Origin: Thiotrichales bacterium
Lineage (GTDB): Bacteria > Pseudomonadota > Gammaproteobacteria > UWMA-0217
Assembly (NCBI GenBank): GCA_050329935.1
Contig: JBHJOI010000067.1
Span: forward strand, 13,359-77,358
Direction of reading: 5' to 3'
DNA length: 64,000 bases
Within the stretch, counting starts at the first letter, position 1, and every line of letters starts with the position of its first letter. Under the pieces are notes generated by a model. It saw only the letters and a list, made by a program, of their open reading frames with translations, searched no databases and had not been told where the DNA came from. Of this stretch, positions 59,969 through 64,000 are shown piece by piece. The translations under genes and the position numbers were made by a program.

Positions 59969-60312
59969 TAGGGTTTCCCTCGCGCGAGCAGGGCACGCAA
60001 TACCCATGCCGTAACCACCAGTGTGAGCGCCGTGCTACCCACCAAGGCGGCAATGATCGGTAACCACTCCGCGGCGATCAAATCGCCATGCACCATCACA
60101 CCAACGCCGGCGGGCACGAACAACAGGGATAGATGTCGCAGCAAACCATTGGCGGTCGTGCGTAAGCTTGCGCTTGCCTCGCCGCGGAATATCAACGTGA
60201 CAAACAATAGCAACATACCGACCACGGGTCCCGGAATCGGTAATCGCAATAACTGCGCCGCGACTTCGCCAACGAGTTGGTACACCAGCAATAAGGTGAG
60301 CGCGCCGATCAT
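59968..60312 (-). CDS. lrgA: LrgA/CidA holin-like protein (114 aa, 4 TM)
   Basis: Size, hydrophobicity and pairing with lrgB. Confidence 0.7.
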   Translation of the reverse strand: MIGALTLLLVYQLVGEVAAQLLRLPIPGPVVGMLLLFVTLIFRGEASASLRTTANGLLRHLSLLFVPAGVGVMVHGDLIAAEWLPIIAALVGSTALTLVVTAWVLRALLARGKP

Positions 60313-60535
60313 AACGCCTCGCGAGACTTTAAAGCTTGATTCTAACGACTGCGACGACGGGATTCATCCGTCGCTGGCGGCTGGACGGCAAGCAGCGCAT
60401 CAATCGCGGCGCTGGGTCGCGCGCTGATTTGATCAGCGCTGTGTGATGGCGGTCAGGCTTGCTAAATGGCCACGCAACACGTCGTGGCCACCGGATGATG
60501 GCCTTGGCAAATGCGCCGTCAAATGGGCGCGATCG

Positions 60536-60883
60536 TTAGATCGTGGGAAGATTTTCGAGTTTGCCGCCGTTCTCGAGATAATCCCTTAACCACTTTGGCT
60601 TTTGACCTCTATTGGAGCTGCTCCAGGTCATGGCACGGTCTTTCGGGTTGTGATAAAGGACACTATCCGGTTTCGTCGTGGCGGCTTTGGGTTGCTTCGA
60701 TGACGCGGGTGCTTTTTGCGTCTTTGCGCCTCGCGAAACTCCGAGTTCATCGGCGGTGAACCCATAAATCTGAATCAGGTTGCGGGCTTCTTCCAATGCG
60801 CTGGGGCGCTGTTCATTGAGAATGCGGGTTTTCTCAGCGAGTAGCTGATCGATCTTGGCCTGGATTTCGTCGAGACTTGGCAT
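60536..60883 (-). CDS. H-NS/MvaT-like nucleoid-associated protein (about 115 aa from MPSLDEIQAKID)
   Basis: N-terminal coiled-coil. C-terminal DNA-binding motif TWSSSNRGQKPKW matches the H-NS TWTGQGRTPxW core (here RGQ rather than GQGR). Confidence 0.65.
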   Translation of the reverse strand: MPSLDEIQAKIDQLLAEKTRILNEQRPSALEEARNLIQIYGFTADELGVSRGAKTQKAPASSKQPKAATTKPDSVLYHNPKDRAMTWSSSNRGQKPKWLRDYLENGGKLENLPTI

Positions 60884-61464
60884 AGGTTTGGTTCGGTAAA
60901 TGGTTAAGGAACGATTGAAATTTTGCAATCGATTGTTGAACTGGCACAGTACGTGGATCGCGTCTTGCGGAGTAATCAGCGTTGGTCAACGCAGTATCCA
61001 TAAGATGCACGCCGATTTCATCCCGTGGCGGAAAGCCGACGAAAAACTGCATCTTCATGGAGTCATTAATTATAATTGACCGCGCAATGGAGCCGCAACG
61101 ATCCATGGGCTAGCGTAGCGGGTTCATTAGTTGGATGTCAACTTTGGCCTACGCCGCAAGCGCAATTCGTTTCAATTAGGTCGTGCCTCGGTCTGCCGAT
61201 TGCATTCGGCGAACCCGCGAGCGACCGAGGGATATTGTCCGAGCTACGGGCGATTGTATGATCAACGATGCGAATCGACCGCGAGACAATTCGTATCGCC
61301 GAATAGTGGGCCGAAATACCGATGCGTGCTCGAGTGCGTTGGAAGCCTCGCGGCGGCTGTTGTAATGCGGAGTGAACACCCTCAAACAAGTGCATTCATG
61401 GGTGATATCAGGCTCACCGGTGAATTGGGTTTGGTTAAATAACCTTCGCCGGTAACGATCAGGT

Positions 61465-62049
61465 TCATGGATTGAATCGTCCCAGAACCTCGGGAGGACC
61501 GTCCGCGCTTGGTTTGAATACGATGATTTCTCCGGCTGCGGCGTGTCGACCCGTCAACGCCGTGATGTTGACCTGATGGGTCACCAGTATTGTCGGACCG
61601 ACGCGATCGGATCTCGTTAGAAAAGTATGTAGCGCGGCGTTTTGTTCCGGTCCTCGTCCCGGCGCTTCAAAAAAGGAATTGAGCGCCGGCAATGCCTCGA
61701 CCGGTCCCAGCTCCAGCAATCGGGCCGTATCGAGACAGCGGCACCACTGGCTAGAAAGCACCTGGACGCGCTCGATGCCCTGGCTACGAATAAACGCGCC
61801 GATTCGACGGGACTGCGCGCGGCCTTTTGCCGAAAGATTGCGTTGCGTCGCGCAATCCTCGATCTGGAATTCCGGAGGATCCCCGATTCCGGGCGCGTCG
61901 GCGTGGCGTATGATCACGAAAGCCTCACCCGTTTGCACCGCTTGCCATGTTTGCGCCGGCGATTGCGCGAGCGCGTATCCCGCGCCGGCGATTGGAATCA
62001 ACAAGCCAATCAGGCTTAAATATTGGTGACGGCGGCGGCGAGTGGCCAT
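61465..62049 (-). CDS. Histidine phosphatase (phosphoglycerate-mutase superfamily) protein with a signal peptide
   Basis: RHADAPG catalytic motif (RHG). Confidence 0.7.
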   Translation of the reverse strand: MATRRRRHQYLSLIGLLIPIAGAGYALAQSPAQTWQAVQTGEAFVIIRHADAPGIGDPPEFQIEDCATQRNLSAKGRAQSRRIGAFIRSQGIERVQVLSSQWCRCLDTARLLELGPVEALPALNSFFEAPGRGPEQNAALHTFLTRSDRVGPTILVTHQVNITALTGRHAAAGEIIVFKPSADGPPEVLGRFNP

Positions 62050-62239
62050 GGGTCTTGCAGTTCAAATTCAAGCAGTAAAGCGGTGGGGCATGAGTGATTA
62101 TAAATTAGCTCGGGTTGCCGAAGGCGCTATCTCACGGATTCGAAGGTGTTGTTACGGCTGGGCAAAGTGAAGTGGATCCCGAATGGGCGGCGCGCACATG
62201 CTCCCTGGCGCGGGATTTATGTCCAATCGGTGGCAGCGT

Positions 62240-63865
62240 TCAATGCGCCTTCGCCAGCGCGCGAAAGTTCACGCCCGCCAAGCGCAATGTCAGTAAATAC
62301 GCGATCGCACCGACGCCGATCAGTGTCGCGAGGCGGAGCGCGCGTTGACCGGCGTGCCATTGTTCCCAAACCGTCAGCGCCGGTGTGAGCCACCACAATG
62401 CGAGCCCCATGACGAGCAGGGCGAGCGTGACTTGCAGCGTTAACCGCGCCCAGCCGAACTGAGGAACGTAACTGCCGTCGCGGCGCAGGCGGTGGAACAA
62501 TTGACCGGCGTTGACCGCCGCGGCACAAACGGTGGCGGAGGCGAGCACGGCGTGCGGAGCGGGGAGGTCGAGCAATACCCATGGCACGACGATGATGGCG
62601 CAATACACCAGATTGACGCCGACCGAGATAATGCCGGTCTTGACCGGGGTGCGGGTGTCCTGGCGAGAGAAGAATCCGGGCGCAAGAATCTTGATCAAAA
62701 CGAAGAACGGCAGTCCGAGTGCGTAGACCGCGAGGCTGAGCGAGGCCATGTGCGAATCGTGGGCCGTGAACTGGTCGTATTGCAGCAGGGTGGCGAAGAT
62801 CGGGCGGGCGAGCAGCATCAATCCGAGCATCGCCGGCAGGCTAACGACCATCGCGAGGCGCAGCCCCCAATCGAGGGTTTCGGTGAACGCGCGCTTGTCC
62901 TGGCGGGCGTGCTCGGAAGACAGTTTGGGCAAAATCACGGTGGACAGCGCGACCCCGAAAATGGCCATCGGTAGCTCCACGAAGCGGTCGGTGTAATACA
63001 GCCAGCTAATGCTGCCGGCGACCAGGAACGAGGCGATCACGGTGTTGATGAGCAGGTTGATCTGTGCCACCGAGGAGCCGAACAGCGCGGGCAACATGAG
63101 TGTCATGATGCGTTTGACGCCCGCGTGAGCCCGTTTGAGGCGTGGCCGGGGCAGCAAGCCGAGGCGGATCAGCGCGGGGAATTGAAATGCCAATTGCAGT
63201 ACACCGGCGCCAAACACACCCCAGGCGAGCGCCACCACGGGATCCTCGAGTCGCGGCGCGAGCCATAGCGCCGCGGCGATCAGCGCAAGGTTGAGCAGGG
63301 TCGGGGTGAACGCGGGCACCGCGAATCGGCCGTAACTATTGAGGATGCCTCCGGCGAGGGCCGTCAGTGAAATGAACAATACGTAGGGAAAGGTCAGCCG
63401 CAGCATGTCGACGGTGAGCGCTTGTTGATCCGGCGCGCTGGCGAAGCCGGGCGCAAACACCCAGATCAGCCACGGCGCGGCGAGGATACCGACGCTGGTG
63501 ATCACGATCATCACCACCGCGAGCCAGCCGGTAACATGGTCGACCAGGTCTTGCACGTCGGCGGCGGTGCGATTCTCCTTATACTCGCTGATGACCGGGA
63601 CAAATGCCTGGGCGAACGCGCCCTCGGCGAACATGCGGCGCAGCAGATTCGGAATCCGAAACGCAACGAAGAAGGCATCGGTGGCGCCGGTGGCGCCGAA
63701 ACCAATCGCGATGACCATGTCGCGCAGGTAACCCAGTATGCGCGAGATCATCGTCATGCCGCTGACGACAGCGGTCGACTTGAGCAATTTACGACTCAAT
63801 CTAACTCCAGTGTAGGGGGTGGCCTCGCCGCCGATAGTGGACGCTTGACCCGGCTGAGGGGACAC
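62240..63865 (-). CDS. murJ: Lipid II flippase MurJ (MviN)
   Basis: N-terminus ...LLKSTAVVSGMTMISRILGYLRDMVIAIGFGATGATDAFFVAFRIPNLLRRMFAEGAFAQAFVPV aligns with E. coli MurJ. The true start is probably a few codons inside the listed ORF. Confidence 0.85.
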   Translation of the reverse strand: MSPQPGQASTIGGEATPYTGVRLSRKLLKSTAVVSGMTMISRILGYLRDMVIAIGFGATGATDAFFVAFRIPNLLRRMFAEGAFAQAFVPVISEYKENRTAADVQDLVDHVTGWLAVVMIVITSVGILAAPWLIWVFAPGFASAPDQQALTVDMLRLTFPYVLFISLTALAGGILNSYGRFAVPAFTPTLLNLALIAAALWLAPRLEDPVVALAWGVFGAGVLQLAFQFPALIRLGLLPRPRLKRAHAGVKRIMTLMLPALFGSSVAQINLLINTVIASFLVAGSISWLYYTDRFVELPMAIFGVALSTVILPKLSSEHARQDKRAFTETLDWGLRLAMVVSLPAMLGLMLLARPIFATLLQYDQFTAHDSHMASLSLAVYALGLPFFVLIKILAPGFFSRQDTRTPVKTGIISVGVNLVYCAIIVVPWVLLDLPAPHAVLASATVCAAAVNAGQLFHRLRRDGSYVPQFGWARLTLQVTLALLVMGLALWWLTPALTVWEQWHAGQRALRLATLIGVGAIAYLLTLRLAGVNFRALAKAH

Positions 63866-63880
63866 CCTAGCATCGCCGCA

Positions 63881-64000
63881 ATGTCAGACGCCTCGCCACT
63901 CAATCTGGTCGCCGCCGAGATGCGGGCGGTCAACCAACTCATCATCCAGCGCCTCAGCTCGGATGTCGTCCTGATCAATCAGGTGGGCCATTATATCGTC
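63881..64000 (+). CDS. ispB: Octaprenyl-diphosphate synthase IspB, N-terminal fragment (runs off window)
   Basis: MSDASPLNLVAAEMRAVNQLIIQRLSSDVVLINQVGHYIV aligns with the E. coli IspB N-terminus (LTAQDMAGVNAAILEQLNSDVQLINQLGYYIV). Confidence 0.6.
   Translation, partial: MSDASPLNLVAAEMRAVNQLIIQRLSSDVVLINQVGHYIV

Overview
This is a high-GC (about 65%) proteobacterial chromosome segment. A gammaproteobacterial sulfur-oxidiser is my guess, from FccAB, the multiheme cytochrome and a Pseudomonas/Vibrio-like flagellar gene order. Reading from the 5' end it contains: (1) a flagellar block on the minus strand (fliF partial, fliE, a FleR/FlrC-like and a FleQ/FlrA-like sigma-54 activator, fliT, fliS, fliD, flaG) with no flagellin gene and no FleS kinase. 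(2) A pirin gene and a Gly/Gln-rich small ORF. (3) Flavocytochrome c sulfide dehydrogenase fccAB plus a 9-heme cytochrome c fused to a membrane cytochrome b-like domain. An AT-rich divergent control region follows, carrying a near-consensus sigma-70 promoter and an unlisted 49-aa membrane ORF. (4) An OmpR/EnvZ-type two-component system, a DUF4395 protein, and an ABC-ATPase / FtsX-permease / LolA-like / outer-membrane-barrel cluster. (5) A tightly overlapping periplasmic thiol-redox operon (Trx-CcdA fusion, CDF transporter, rhodanese, dsbB, dsbA). (6) argD-argF. (7) A phosphate-starvation lipid-remodelling operon btaA-btaB-plcP-like (DGTS betaine lipid synthesis) preceded by a four-repeat Pho-box-like array. 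(8) An orphan hydantoinase-B-like gene, DUF3301, an AT-rich gap, an FHA-domain protein, TraB, DUF2058, a methyltransferase and a UDG-like glycosylase. (9) gshA, a small MazG-like gene, fpr, a PsiF-repeat ORF, bolA, radA, a corC-family gene, a ypjD-like gene, then divergently ffh. (10) Directly after ffh lies a tRNA (anticodon CGC) with a strong terminator. It is followed by what looks like a horizontally acquired island: a degraded QueC-like gene split over three frames, a Fic toxin-family gene behind an 18-bp inverted repeat, and a complete four-gene Wadjet-type (JetABCD) SMC-like anti-plasmid defence operon. lrgAB, an H-NS/MvaT-like silencer gene and an AT-rich gap follow. (11) A histidine phosphatase, murJ and the start of ispB close the window. 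No CRISPR array, rRNA or intact transposase was seen. All calls are from reading the sequence and ORF translations by eye; no database search was run.
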